Origin: Eledone cirrhosa
Taxonomy: Eukaryota
Reading direction: 5' to 3'
DNA length: 64,000 bases
NCBI GenBank assembly: GCA_964016885.1
Contig: OZ024743.1
Location: 245,706,001 to 245,770,000, forward strand
This document shows positions 39,791 through 55,528 of this stretch, piece after piece. The notes beneath the pieces are model-generated. The model did not search any database, had not been told where the DNA came from, and saw nothing but the letters and a program-made list of their open reading frames with translations. The stretch's first letter is position 1, and each line of letters starts with the position of its first letter. Position numbers and translations under genes: made by a program.

Positions 39791-40041
39791 AATTCAAAAG
39801 AAATTGAAAAATGCTCATTAATTATTTTGTTTTATGTTTATTGCAATATATGTAAAATAATCAGAATACCTATAATATTAATATAGGCAATAGTAATAGG
39901 TAAACAAAAACAACAAGGACAACAAAAATATATGTATAAATACATTATAATAAATTAAAAAACACCATTAAAATAAATAAAATCCATTGAAATGTTCAAA
40001 GGCACTGAGTTTACTGGTAAAAATAAAATTATTAGTTTATC

Positions 40042-40380
<339 letters not shown>

Positions 40381-40385
<5 letters not shown>

Positions 40386-40844
40386 GGTAAACGGAATAGA
40401 AAATGCTGACAAATTGTTCACAGTGAAAAATAGTTTAATTAGGAATAAATGAGAATTAGTAATTGTATTGGTTAGTAATCAGTTTTGGTTTTAAATTTTA
40501 CCGGTTGCGCATTTCTAATGCTTTTCAAAAATAATTTTGAGATAGAGCGTCCGTGATGTTTGCTCTGCAGTTTTGGTTTTAAGTTTTACCGGTTGCGCAT
40601 TTCTAATGCTTTTCAAAAATAATTTTGAGATAGAGCGTCCGTGATGTTTGCTCTGCAGAGCAAACATCACGGACGCTCTATCTCAAAATTATTTTTGAAA
40701 AGCATTAGAAATGCGCAACCGGTAAAACTTAAAGCCAAAACTGATTACTAACCAATACAATTACTAATTCTCATTTATTCCTAATTAAACTATTTTTCAC
40801 TGTGAACAATTTGTCAGCATTTTCTATTCCGTTTACCAATATAT
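40381..40844. repeat. Spacerless ~190-bp-arm palindrome centred at 40655/40656, with an 88-bp tandem duplication in the left arm
   Basis: Centre reads TTTGCTCTG|CAGAGCAAA. Segment 40483-40570 is repeated at 40571-40658. Confidence 0.95.
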
Positions 40845-40920
40845 AATAACTTGTGTGTTACACCTCTATTCTTTTAACTATATATATATATATATACATA
40901 GACACACGCACATATCTATA

Positions 40921-41292
40921 CATGGCTTAGTAGTTAGAGCATTGGGCTTGCAATCGAAAGGTTGTGAGTTCAATACTCGGACCGGGTGATGTGTTGTTTA
41001 CTTGAGCAAGACACTTTATTTCACATTGCTCCAGTTTACTCAGCTGTAGAAATGAGATGATAGGACTAGGATCCCTATCATTCCACTGCAAAGTGGTCGT
41101 GGAGGTGCCACGGCAAAAAAAGCACCCACCACTCACTTTAAATGAGGTTGGTGTTAGGAAGGGCATCCAGCTGTAGAAATCAAGCCAGAATCAGCTCCCA
41201 TATGAGAAAGACAAGGTCAGCCAACCGGACACTACCCACAACAGGACAAGCCGTCTAACCCATGCTAGCATGGAAGAACGGGCATAAAACGG

Positions 41293-41323
<31 letters not shown>
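40921..41323 (+). mobile_element. tRNA-derived SINE with RTE-like tail and (GAT)n end
   Basis: A-box TGGCTTAGTAGTTAG, B-box GAGTTCAATAC, conserved TTGAGCAAGACACTTTATTTCACATTGCTCCAG body, tail CCCATGCTAGCATGGAAG...(GAT)n. Confidence 0.85.
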
Positions 41324-41356
41324 ACACACACATATATATGCATATTTGTGTGTGTG

Positions 41357-41395
<39 letters not shown>

Positions 41396-41579
41396 AATAT
41401 ATGTATGTGTGTATATATATATATATAAATATATATCAAATGAAGCAACGGAGTACAGGATGCGCGTTGTTCCCTGTAATATAATGTGCTCAAGGAAATT
41501 TTTCCGTGCTCTTCAAAATATATAGGAATACATGAAAAGAACATGTTTTCATTACAGGGTGTATGTTACCACTAGAGTG

Positions 41580-44670
<3,091 letters not shown>

Positions 44671-44671
44671 G

Positions 44672-44885
44672 GTGCATGGCTTAGTTCAATTCTCGAACTG
44701 GGCGATGTGTTGTTTCCTTGAGCAAGACACTTTATTTTCACATTGCTCCAGTTTACTCAGCTGTAGAAATGAGATGATAGGACTGGGGTCCGTATCACTC
44801 CACTGCAAAGTAATCGTGTAGGCGCCACAGAAAAAAAAAAGGCACCCAGCACTCAGAATGGACGTAAAACGGTGATGATGATGAT
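44672..44885 (+). mobile_element. Internally deleted copy of the RTE-tailed SINE
   Basis: Shares TTGAGCAAGACACTTT.TTTCACATTGCTCCAGTTTACTCAGCTGTAGAAATGAG with 40921-41323. Confidence 0.8.
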
Positions 44886-45011
44886 ATATATATATTATAC
44901 ATATATATAATATATATATACATATGCATATTTGTATATATTTCTATATATATATATACATACAGAGATGAAAATGTGAAGTTGAAGGTGTTAGAGTCCT
45001 TTATTATTGGA

Positions 45012-45062
45012 GCCGTTAAATATATTTCAATGACAATAAACATTGTGATCTCTTCAGGCAAC
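45012..45062 (-). ncRNA. Degenerate minimal hammerhead ribozyme
   Basis: Minus strand: GUUGC-CUGAAGA-GAU C ACAAU GUUU AUUGU C AUU-GAAA-UAUAUUU A-ACGGC. Core intact; stems I and III have mismatches. Confidence 0.55.
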
Positions 45063-46452
45063 AAAAATTGATTAAAAGGTAACAGTTCTGAGGCACTTTT
45101 ATTTGGAAGGGCACGGACTAAAAAAATGTGTTTTTGCTTTGGTTGACTGCCCTCTTCTGGTTTCAGGCCATCCAGACAGCTCTGTGCATGTCACAGGGGT
45201 GGCTGAGCCCTTCACCTACACCCAGAATGCTACCAACCTTGTATGTTCTCTCTATCTACCACTCTCCCACTTCCTCGGCCGACATCTTGATATGGTCAAC
45301 TCGATTAGCTCCCACGATGAGCACTTTTTCATACAATCCAATCCGATGAAGTTAGGAAGAATACACCCCGGAATACACCGACCCGAACGATTTACTATGG
45401 AATAACTTCCGACTGGATTAATGAGAGGGAAAATAAAGCAACTACTACCTCTTATTCTCCATACAACACCCTGGAAGGCGGATCTCCCGCCAAGTTCCAC
45501 CCCACCTCTTACAGCCATGGACAGCCTGTGAAGTTCACCCAGCTGCAACTGCACGGACCAAAATACCTGAAGCACTGTGAATATAACGCTGTATAACTCA
45601 CCCCACTCAGACATTTATCACGGATTTTTCCTTCTATGTTTCCTTCATTCTCTCTATAGGTCTTTTTACCTTGTATTCATATATATATTTTCCCCCCTTT
45701 ATTTTATTCTGTATAATCCCCTTTTTCCCCGTTTTTCCCCCCCTGTTCTTCCTTACTTGTACATTTTTCCTTAAACCATAAATGTATCTTTTTGTCTCCA
45801 CCGGATTGACCGGGATACCAACTGTAGGATTGTTTAATTTTTAATTTTTACATTTGTTTAATTTTTTTACATTCGTTTATTTTTAATTTTAACACTTGTT
45901 AAATTAGATACTTTAAATTTTACGTCATCCACGACAAGTGGCCAGATATCTTCTTATCCTTAGAAAATTGACTGTTGCCTAGTTGTCTGGACTCCTAATT
46001 TTTCAACTATTAACGTCTGAAACTTAGAAATTTTTTCGGGTTGAGAAACTTTAAATATTTTCTATGATAAGTTATATTAACCATAGCAGAAGGGAACTTT
46101 CTCGCTTCGGGGTGATTATCCCGCCATAGACAGATGACAGGTACAAATGCACCGAGACCCTACCGGTTGCCAAAGCCAGCAGTAAATTTTGGCTGGCTTG
46201 AACTCCCAATGACCATATCGAGTTGCCGGTCGAGGAGGTGGGAGATTGGTGGATAGAGAGAATATACAAGGTTGGTAGTATTCTGGGTGTAGGTGAAGGG
46301 GTCAGCCACCCACACACCCCTGCGATATGTGCAAATCTGTCTGGATGGCCTGAAACCAGAAGGGGGTGGACAACCAAAGCAAAAACACACTTTTTAGTCC
46401 GCTCCCTTCCAAATAAAATTGCCTCAGAACTGTTACCTTTTAATCAATTTTT

Positions 46453-46503
46453 GTTGCCTGAAGAGATCACAATGTTTATTGTCATTGAAATATATATAAC
46501 AGC
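46453..46503 (+). ncRNA. Minimal type-I hammerhead ribozyme
   Basis: GUUGC-CUGAAGA-GAU C ACAAU GUUU AUUGU C AUU-GAAA-UAUAUAU A-ACAGC. One mismatch at the first stem-I pair. Confidence 0.68.
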
Positions 46504-46627
46504 TCAAATAATAAAGAACTCTAACACCTTCAACTTCACATTTTCATCTTTATTAATATACTCCATCACCCCTGTCATTGGGAATATGGCGTTGAGTGGT
46601 AGAAGTGAATTGTATCCTTGTATATCG

Positions 46628-46785
46628 AATATATATATATGTGTGTGTGTGTGTATATATATTTATATATGTGTGTATATATATATATGTGTGTGTATAT
46701 ATATTTATATATGTGTGTATATATATATATGTGTGTGTATATATATATATGTGTGCTTATATATATATGTGTGTGTATATATATA

Positions 46786-46833
<48 letters not shown>

Positions 46834-46930
46834 TATATATATATATATATATATATACATATGCATATATATATATATACATATGCATATATATATATAT
46901 ACATATGCACACATATATATATATATATAT
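46628..46930. repeat. (TA)n/(TG)n microsatellite
   Basis: Seen directly. Confidence 0.95.
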
Positions 46931-47064
46931 TAATTATATAAATAAAAATTAAATGGAGCGTCGTCTTGAGATCATGTTTTCCATATTTCTTCCATAAAGC
47001 CAGGGCATCCTTTTTAGGGACCAGCTTTATGTTGGTTTAAAACTATGCTCTTGAATCATAAAGA

Positions 47065-47449
47065 TTAAGCAAGGGGTTCACAGACTTCATCATTACTCTT
47101 ATTCACATCGTCATTATTATCGTTATTATTATTATTATTATTACTATTATTATTATTATCGTCATCATCATCATCATCATCATCGTCATCGTCATCATCA
47201 TCATCATCATCATCTTCATCATCATCATCATCGTCTTCCTCATTCTCTTCATCATCGTCATCTTCCTCATCATCATCATCATCGTCCTCATCATCATCGT
47301 CCTCCTCCTTATCATCATCCACCTCCTCTTCTCCCTCATTGTCATCAACAGAGTCTTCATTGACTTTTTCTTCTGCAAAATGTTCAGATGTTTTATTCTG
47401 TCTCTTCACACTGCTCTGCTTGCTCTGGTCTTCATCTCTGAGTTTACCA
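47065..47449 (-). CDS. AGTPBP1: Cytosolic carboxypeptidase 1-like, terminal coding exon (poly-Asp/Glu/Asn tail, stop at 47065-47067)
   Basis: Acceptor TTTTCTTACAG| at 47450. Phase 2 matches the preceding exon (AG+T = Ser), giving SGKLRDEDQSKQSSVKRQNK...DEVCEPLA*. Confidence 0.75.
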
Positions 47450-47659
47450 CTGTAAGAAAAATAATTTAATAGATTACTTACTAACTTTATATAAATTAAC
47501 TGCTAATAGCACAATATATTATAAGCAGTAATTTGAGGTGCAAATGAGCAGCATACCTAAAAAAAACACATAAAACATGTATCTATTGCTCAACTGGAGA
47601 CAACATCACTGATTATACTGTAGAACACCTACAATCCCTACTTGAGAATATCATTGATT

Positions 47660-48720
47660 CAATGTAAGGATTTTCAAATCATATCTCAATTGTGATTTGT
47701 TGTTGAGAAGGAAAAGCTTCAAGAAAGGTTTTTGGTATACATCGATGTCAGTAATGATAGAGAAGTTGCATCGCTGATTGAAGGAGTTCAAAATTTATTA
47801 ATGAATTCAATTGAGACCAAAAATTAATTGCATAAATTTATGAAGAAGTGGATGTGATGGTTGGGCATTTGAACAGAGTGCAAGTAAGAATAAGGAGATT
47901 TTTGGTGTGAATGTCATATTTGTACATTGAAATACACATTCACTTAATCCGCTACTCTCTTAATTAGCTTCAAGTATTCATGAATGTTGAATTTTCTTCC
48001 AAACTTTAAAAGCAATTTCAATTTTTATCTCAAAGTTGACAACTTGAATAGCACTACTGGATAAAATTGTTAGAAGATGATTTCCAAAGTTACCTGAGGC
48101 ACTTTGGAATTATTTATCTCAACAAGTATCAATTTTATCTGACAAAATTACTGTATTTTCGAAGCTATTTTCAACTATATTATAAAATTTAGAGAATTGG
48201 AATGCTTCAGAATTAGAACAGGCAAAGAATTTGTTGCAACCCTAGAAGATATTCAGTTTAAATTTTTATTAGTGCTTTATTAAACCATACTGAGAGGCTC
48301 AGAAATTCTGTTTTTGGTTCTTCAAAAAAGTTCACTTGATATTTTGAGGTGTACTCTTGAGGTTATAAACTTCAAAAGACAATTGTTTGATATCTAGAAC
48401 ATCAAGTTTAAGGAACTTTACTGTCGGGTTCTGGATGGTGTTGCTGAATCCTCAAAGAAGCTTAGCTGATATCAAGAACCAGAAGCTGTTTTAAGAACTT
48501 TGTTTAACAACTTTAGGGATAAAATTATTGGTCACGGTGAGTCAAGATTTATGAGAGAGTTCAGATTTGTTGAATTGTTGAATCTGAGGCTTTTTCACAC
48601 TTATGAAAGAAACTTTCCAATGGAAGCATTTTCATATTTGGATGTCTATATAAACATATTGATTTGGATGGATTGAACTGTGAGCTGAAATCACTTTATG
48701 CTGCAAATTTTACACAATCT
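47660..48720 (+). pseudogene. Decayed hAT-superfamily transposase in the CCP1 intron
   Basis: Broken-frame remnants KLQERFLVYIDVS, YEEVDVMVGHLNRVQ (cf. YDGA.VMSG..NGVQ), IFVH*NTHSLN (cf. FVHC.AH.LN), FKFLLVL...ILFLVLQKSSLDI. Confidence 0.7.
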
Positions 48721-49161
48721 TTTAATATGGTCCTGCAGATACCATAGTCAATATAATGTTATCAATATCAAGATATATTCACCATCAGTGTAGTGTGCTT
48801 AGATAAATATAAATAGTCATTATTTAAAATTAACTTTTATTTTTAGATTTGGTACAGAATGACCAAGAAGTAAATGAATAACTCATGGATACATACTTGT
48901 CATATAAAAATGGTGAGCTAATGAATAAGGAAACTATAAGTGCTGCCAGGTTTACATAATTTTCTAAGAAATGGACCGACATATACACAACAACAAAACA
49001 ACAACACCATATTTTTACTGTAGCAGTTCATGCAGATGAAAAAAAGAGAGAAAAAGAAGAAAATAGAGAGCACATAGGGATGAATTAATATTATATATTC
49101 ACAAAGCAAGTGGAAGTTTCAAAATGTCACATAGCTAATAGTCAGAAGAACACAGCTTTAC

Positions 49162-49276
49162 CAAAAGCTTATACTGGACATAACAAAAGCTTATACTGGA
49201 CATAACAAAAGCTTATACTGGACATAACAACAGCTTATACTGGACATAACAAAATCTTATACTGGACATAACAAAA
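49162..49276 (+). repeat. 22-bp minisatellite CAAAAGCTTATACTGGACATAA, about 5 copies
   Basis: Seen directly. Confidence 0.95.
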
Positions 49277-49413
49277 AACAAAACATGACTATTGCCTCAC
49301 ACAGCTTTAGATGAAATTATAAACTACCCAATAAAAGCAAGAGTTAAAATTCAAAACAGGCAGAAAAACTAAGATTGTAGTAAATATTTCAGTGCCAAAC
49401 AAAGGGTCTAGAG

Positions 49414-49614
49414 CAGACATGTCAAACATACAACCCTTTACAAGTACACCTGTGGCCTGCACAAAGGTTTTTACAGCACGAGCATGTTTTATCTTTGTAA
49501 TATAAAATATAAAAAATTAGTGGTAATGTGCGCAATTAGTTGTCGTGTGTGGCCCTCAGACAACACATATGTGACCCATGTGGCCCTCGGGTGCATCTCA
49601 GTTTGACATGCCTT
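49414..49614. mobile_element. hAT (Charlie-like) MITE
   Basis: TIRs CAGACATGTCAAAC / GTTTGACATGCCTT and 8-bp TSD GTCTAGAG / GTTTAGAG, fitting the NTCTAGAN target preference. Confidence 0.8.
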
Positions 49615-50479
49615 GTTTAGAGGACTCTTCAGTTGCATCAAAGACATGACGACCTCCCCAGTGCTGGTGTCATATGCACCTGGCACACTTTGTAGAGATT
49701 TGGAATGTATGTAAGCTAGTTGCAGGCTTTGGAATGTCTGAGAGGTCAGTAGCTCTGTTTAACTACTGACTTTGGTTTGTGATGACCTGTTGAATCTTTG
49801 CTGGCAGTGAAAATGGACTTTAAATGATGATGCCTTACAACTGAACTAACATCACTAATCCACTAATCAGGGTAGAACTCAACACATGTTTAGGTACAGA
49901 GTAGATATAAAGATATGGTCTAATCTCAAATGGATGCCCTCTCTGATTTGGTTGGCTCATAGGCACCCCCAGTTCAAATTAGTTTCTTTGGAGTAAGAAT
50001 CAAGATAGTTCAAACTGGGCAAGTCTGTGAGCTAGCTGAAATGAAGCGGGCCTTCCATTGGGATTATACTCTATCTGTTCCCCTCTCTTTGTCTCTATAT
50101 ATATTATGAACATCCAATTGAAGTGAGAAATATTGGGAAAAATTGAAATCTGTGATGGTTGTCTCAACATAAAAGACAACCACTATAAATAATAGTTGAG
50201 GATTTCGAGTAAACTACCCCTGGAGATGGAAAAATGTATATGACTGTCTTTTGCTAAACAGAATTATTTTTTCATGCTTAATCTCAGTCTAATTTTTCCT
50301 GAACCTTGAAACACACAAGCCAGCACAATTGATCTGCCACAAAATATGACCTGCCAAGTGAAACCAATGCAACACCACATTGTTTTGTAGTGGCTGGGAC
50401 TTGCTTCACAAATGAATTTCTTCATTTGTGATTTTGTTTTTCCAGGTCACCTTGAGGATTTTCCATAGGCAACATTAGT

Positions 50480-50660
50480 GGAAAGTGTCCAGCTTCTTAG
50501 CTACCTTTACTATCATCTTCCATATTTCAGTTCCATACAGATCTGTTGGTAAAACTATTACACTATATAATCTTTTCTACCTTACATATAACAAACCTTT
50601 ATCAAGCCCTATACCTTTCTAATACAAAGATATATTGAGTACGTTCATGCTTTTGTACCA
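50480..50660 (-). mobile_element. Decayed RTE-type RT fragment
   Basis: Minus strand gives RLYSVIVLPTDLYGTEIW (cf. RTE LY...V.P.LLYG.E.W). Confidence 0.45.
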
Positions 50661-52777
50661 GAAATTACACACACACACAAAGATGCATATGTACATTTTG
50701 CAAATACACAAGCAAACAGGACAACAGGAGTGACACGAGGCAACTACACTAAACAAATAGCCATCTACACACATTTGTGTTTTTTATATATATTTACACA
50801 GAATTCTTTCTCTTCTCTGATGTTTTTTTTTACCTTTCATGACTAGCAGAAATGGGCTTGCTCCTTCTTTTAATGTGGAGCCTACAGACAGAAAAAAAAA
50901 ACAGATTATATTTTCATTGTTTTTCCTTTCTTTATGTATATGAATGTGTAAACGTGTTAGAATGAGTGTGAACATAAAATGGGTTGTATGAGAGATGTCA
51001 AAGGCCATAATAAGGCTGGGTTTTTTAAATGAGGTTTTTAGCTATATCAGATGGGACAGGGATGATATACATATGCTGCCAAGGGTAGCCAGTATAAAAC
51101 TGAAGATTGAACTATTCAACTAACTTTGAAATGCTTGTCATGTGCTAGTTTCATGTAAAATGTTGGATAGAACAGTGATGGCTGGATAAATGGTGAATTG
51201 GACAGTAAGAAAGAGATCAAATGTGTTCGGAGAGTTGATATGTTGGTCAGGGCTAAAGGTAGGCGAGGATAATAAAGGCAGCTGAGTATCAGGCAAACAA
51301 CCTGGCCTCTATGCCAACAGCAGAAGTGTGGGAAGAGTGAAAGAGCCAGGATGGACTGTGTACATTGAAGTCAGTGTGAATGATGACTTCTAAAAAAGAA
51401 AAAAGAAAGATATCAGGTGATATAGATATCTTTGATGATTAATCACGATGAGTTATGTGCACTGTAGTCAGTGAGAACGATAATTTCTGAGAGAGAGGTC
51501 AGCTGAGTTAGAGAGAACATATAAGAGAGGGTTCAATCAGTATATCTGACATCCTCCACTGCACTCCCACCCCCAGAAAAATTTCTTAGTTCCCTTGAAT
51601 CAAAAGTAATTTTGTTCTTTATGCAAATTTTCTTTTGGAGGTCCTAGAGATATCTGTGTGTATCCAATTTAGAGTAGGTGCACTGTATCCTTATATGTTA
51701 TAAAAGGTGACTAAAATAGTTGGTGCCAGAAAGGGCATCTAACTGTAAAACTTTACCTGAAACAGTACTCCATGATGAGTTTGAAGCCTATCATGGGTCC
51801 ACAAAGCTAACTCCTGCTTTAGCAAGGAAAATAGCCCTAAAATGCTTATTGGTTGGTTATGTCCTGGAGATAAATGCCCTTGATGAGTTATATTTGAATA
51901 TCTGCTGGTGAAGGGAGGAGTTTCAAGAGTAGCAGAGAGAGAAGTTGAAATTAAAGGAGTGAGGAAAGAGAGAAATTGAGTAGACTTGAAGACTTTATTG
52001 ATACTCAGGGAATAGAGGTGTTTGTGGGCAAAGTGGGTTCTACATAGACACAAACAATACTTTTCAGAGTGAAGCTGGCACATAGAATGTAGCCTAAACA
52101 GCAGAGATTGGCTAAAGACAAGGGACGAGAGGGTTTATGACTCAGCAACATGTCTCTAAAGATCTGCAGTTTGCATGTTTGTGAGAGATGAAGGGCAAGA
52201 TCAAGATTGAACCAAACTTCACAGATGTTACCACTTATGACTAATTCCTATTATTTTACCCTCACCGAAGAGGGCTGGATGAACTAAGAATCAGTTATAA
52301 ATTCATAACACCTGTGGATTGTAAAGAGAGACAAAAGTAAACAATCAGATACATATATCATTGTCATTATTGTATTTCATCCAGTCCATTAGGAAGGTGA
52401 AGCCTTGACAAACCTTTGACTTCATCATAACTTTTTCCTAATGGCTGCTTTAATGCAATGAGTCACCACATCTACTGTAAGATGATACTATCTGACAGTT
52501 GCAATTTCAGATACTGCAAAGCACCCGTCTGACTCTGTAAGAATTCCGCTATCCACCACCCTTGGACTAGTGGTTTATTTATCAACCTTGAAAGTTGACC
52601 TTGGTGAGATCTGAACTCAAAACTCAGTAAGCCACCACAAATCCCAAGGCAACACTCTAATGGCCTGCCAATTGACCACCTACTACATATATAATACAGT
52701 GCTACAGTGTTTCTGTTACTTCACTTTATTATTAATAATGAAGAAAGATGAATAAATAATTAGAAACTTTAAAATAC

Positions 52778-52953
52778 CTGCTTGGACTGGTCAGTTTAAA
52801 GTTGAAAGCCACCTGGCTATTGTTAGGAGTGACTGGGCTATTGGGAAAACAGAGTATTTTCCGCTCAGATTCTGGAACTTGATTAAGGAGCAAAATACCT
52901 TCACAGAATTGATGTCCCATCTCTAGTAAGTGGTGAGTAGAAACATGTGTACT
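52778..52953 (-). CDS. AGTPBP1: Cytosolic carboxypeptidase 1-like, penultimate exon (STHVSTHHLLEMGHQFCEGILLL...)
   Basis: Acceptor TACTTTCAG|, donor AG|GTATTT, 176 bp. Matches the CCP1 helix 'LEEMGAKFCVGLL' that follows the catalytic exon. Confidence 0.85.
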
Positions 52954-52989
52954 CTGAAAGTACATAATAGTAATAATTAATGGATTCTG

Positions 52990-53190
52990 ATTTAGGTACA
53001 AGGCCAACAATTGCAGGGAGGGGAGTCGATTAAATCAACACCAGTGTGTTACTGGTACTTTATTTTATCAACCCCGTAAGGATGAAACGCAAAGCTAACC
53101 TCGGCAGGATTTGAACTCAGAATGTAAAGGGCCATAACTATATGCCACAAAGCATATTGTCCGACACTCTACTGATACTACTAATCCACC
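52990..53190 (-). mobile_element. tRNA-derived SINE
   Basis: ACTGGTACTTTATTTTATC.ACCCC.TAAGGATGAAA...GGATTTGAACTCAG. Confidence 0.85.
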
Positions 53191-53368
53191 CCATTCAAGT
53201 ATAAATGACCATAACAATAGTTGATCACTATAAATAGTTGAGAAAATCTTGTAATCTACTTCATCATCATCATCATCGGTTAACGTCGATCTTCCACGCA
53301 TGAGTTTGGACGGCTTGTGACAACAAAAGAAATTTAATAGCGGCACCTATAAGAAATTATTTAATAAT

Positions 53369-53479
53369 TGTTTCTACTATTGGCACAAGGCCAGTAATTA
53401 CCCAGTACATTACTGGTACTTTATTTTATCGACCCCGTAAGGATGAAAGGCAAAGTTAACCTCGGCGGGATTTGAACTC
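53369..53479 (-). mobile_element. 5'-truncated tRNA-derived SINE with a 17-bp TSD
   Basis: AGAAATTATTTAATAAT at 53352-53368 and 53480-53496 flanks the SINE body. Confidence 0.85.
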
Positions 53480-53510
53480 AGAAATTATTTAATAATAACA
53501 ACAATTATTA

Positions 53511-54360
53511 GTGGAGGGGAAGAGCGACGACGTACTTGGGGAAACTCTAGGCGTCGACGAAAATCAACTAGCCAATCTCCTTGGAAGAACTTTCAGGCCG
53601 GGGCCTATGGACAACTTCCAGAAATCCCTGGCCTGGCAGTGCCAGTTCGGGATAAACTCTACAGGCATGGAGGTGCCATCAGCCGGGCATGTCCGAGATG
53701 CGCGCAGGGCGACGAAACCGTCCTGCATGCACTCGTCCAGTGTCTGAGCATTGCTGACTTGTGGGTTTATGTCGAACACCTGCTGTTGCATGTAGGACGG
53801 ATCTAGCTATCAGCTGAGTCCATCGTGAGGATTGCCCCGTCCTCTTCCTTTAGCCGGGAAGGGCAGGCAGTTTTTATCTGTCTGGTGGCCATGGCGAAAG
53901 AGATAGTATGGTGGACACGTCTGAAAGGGCTGAAGACGAGCACTTACCTCTTTTTAACTTTTTTCCAATTTCATTTGAAAAGGAAAATCAGGGTAGAGAG
54001 GGAGGTGCTCTCTTCCCAGCTTTTTGTTGAAAGATGGGTGAGAGAAGCAAGAATGGCCCGAATGAGTGGACATACTCTGAGTATATGCCTGTAAATTGAA
54101 GGTGGAAAACTGGGAGAGGACAATTGCCCTGGTGGTCAGGGTCACCGTGGCTTTTTAATGGGCTTTCTCCACGATGGCCCTCGGAAGTCTCCCCCCTATT
54201 GGGGAATTTTTTCATTGTTCTATTATTACATCCTCTGTTTTTTGTTTTTTTACACGCAGGAATGCCCTTTTGTACCGTCCTGTATTGTCCTGTACTGTCC
54301 TTAATGTCTACCTTGTGCAAACCCTTGTGGCTAATAAAGAAAGCATTATTATTATTATTA
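53511..54360 (+). mobile_element. 5'-truncated L1/Tx1-clade LINE 3' end
   Basis: CCHC zinc finger CPRCAQGDETVLHALVQC followed by AMAKEIVWWTR...FVERW. AATAAA and a (TTA)n tail at 54333-54360. Confidence 0.85.
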
Positions 54361-54369
54361 AGGTACAGC

Positions 54370-54520
54370 TAATCCTGCTGAGGTTAGCTTTACCTTTCAT
54401 CACACAAGGTCGATAAAATAAAGAACCAGTAACGCACTGGAGTTGATTAAATTGACTTTCCCCAACCCCAAATTGCTGGCCTTGTGCCTATAGTAGAAAT
54501 CATTATTATTATTATTAGAA
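54370..54520 (+). mobile_element. tRNA-derived SINE (partial)
   Basis: CCTTTCATC...GGTCGATAAAATAAAG.ACCAG...AATTGCTGGCCTTGTGCC. Confidence 0.8.
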
Positions 54521-55528
54521 ATCATTAATAATATTATTATTATTATTTAGTGAAACTAAAACGGAGCCCATTAAAAAAAAAAAATTCAAAATCATTAAAA
54601 AGTATATCAATAAAAATAGAACATCCTAAATGTTATTTTCCTGTTAGGACCTCCAACTTATATTTTCTGTCAGTGTTGATATTTAGACTGTTATTGAAAT
54701 GTTTTGACATCACCATTATCCTCATAATTTTATGCCCATTTTCTATACTGGTAGGAGTTGGAGAGGTTGGCTCAGTCTGAGACTACACAGATTGGGGTTG
54801 GGGATGGGGCACATCTTTCATATTTTCCATCTCCTCAGAATATCTTGAAGATAGCAGCTGGTTAATTTGGTAAAGCACCAACCTACCAATGTAGCTCAAC
54901 TACTCATAATTATAGTATCAATGTTTACAAACCAGGTAAAGAAAATTTTGTCTAAATAGCCCAGTCCATCTGGATGTAAGTAGCTACCATGGTTAAGTAG
55001 GCACATTGCAATGTAGCAAAGAAAATTAAATGACTATTACAGTGGTTCTTAACCTTTTGTGACTATGTCCTGTTATGACACTGCAAAACATTTGATGCTG
55101 CTCTCAATATAAAAATCATATCTAGTTTTAACAAGATATGTCTTTTATTCTTTTACTGATTTCATTAGACTGCAGCTATGCTGAGGCATGCAATATTAAG
55201 AAGTTGCCATCCAAAATATCCAAATTGTTCCCTTGTGAGCATGCACACTACATTTAGAATCCTTGACTACAGTATAATAAATGAACGTCTCATTAACTTG
55301 CAATACTAAGATAAACTTATCCCTGAGGTAAGCTAAGGAGGGTGTCTCCACATGGTTGCCCACTCTGCTAAAAATAGCAGGCAAATCTAGACTCAAATCA
55401 CACCACATCTTAAACTTTTCATTAACATATTTCTAATAAAAGACACTGCCTATGACTTTCAAATAATTTTGAAAATAATGCAGTATTCGAAGAGATTTCG
55501 TAATATAGCCAATTCTTTTCATTCTTAA

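Larger units (their letters stand above)
44966..46549. mobile_element. Fold-back element B (Penelope pLTR-like): ~335-bp inverted arms 44966-45298 and 46210-46549 with a ~900-bp spacer
   Basis: Arms are clear reverse complements (the two ORFs share [15 protein letters not shown]). Lies between (TA)n-rich tracts. Confidence 0.82.

Noticed and set aside
40921-40990. tRNA gene
   Set aside because: A and B boxes belong to a SINE head; no complete cloverleaf.
46223-46933. 236-aa ORF sharing a peptide with 44795-45064
   Set aside because: Similarity comes from the inverted arms of element B, and the rest is microsatellite.
47103-47378. Poly-Met ORF
   Set aside because: Alternative frame of the (GAT)n tract; splice phase selects the poly-Asp frame.
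52807-52815. Alternative donor CAG|GTGGCT in the penultimate CCP1 exon
   Set aside because: Phase 0 would not match the terminal exon frame, whereas the donor at 52777 does.
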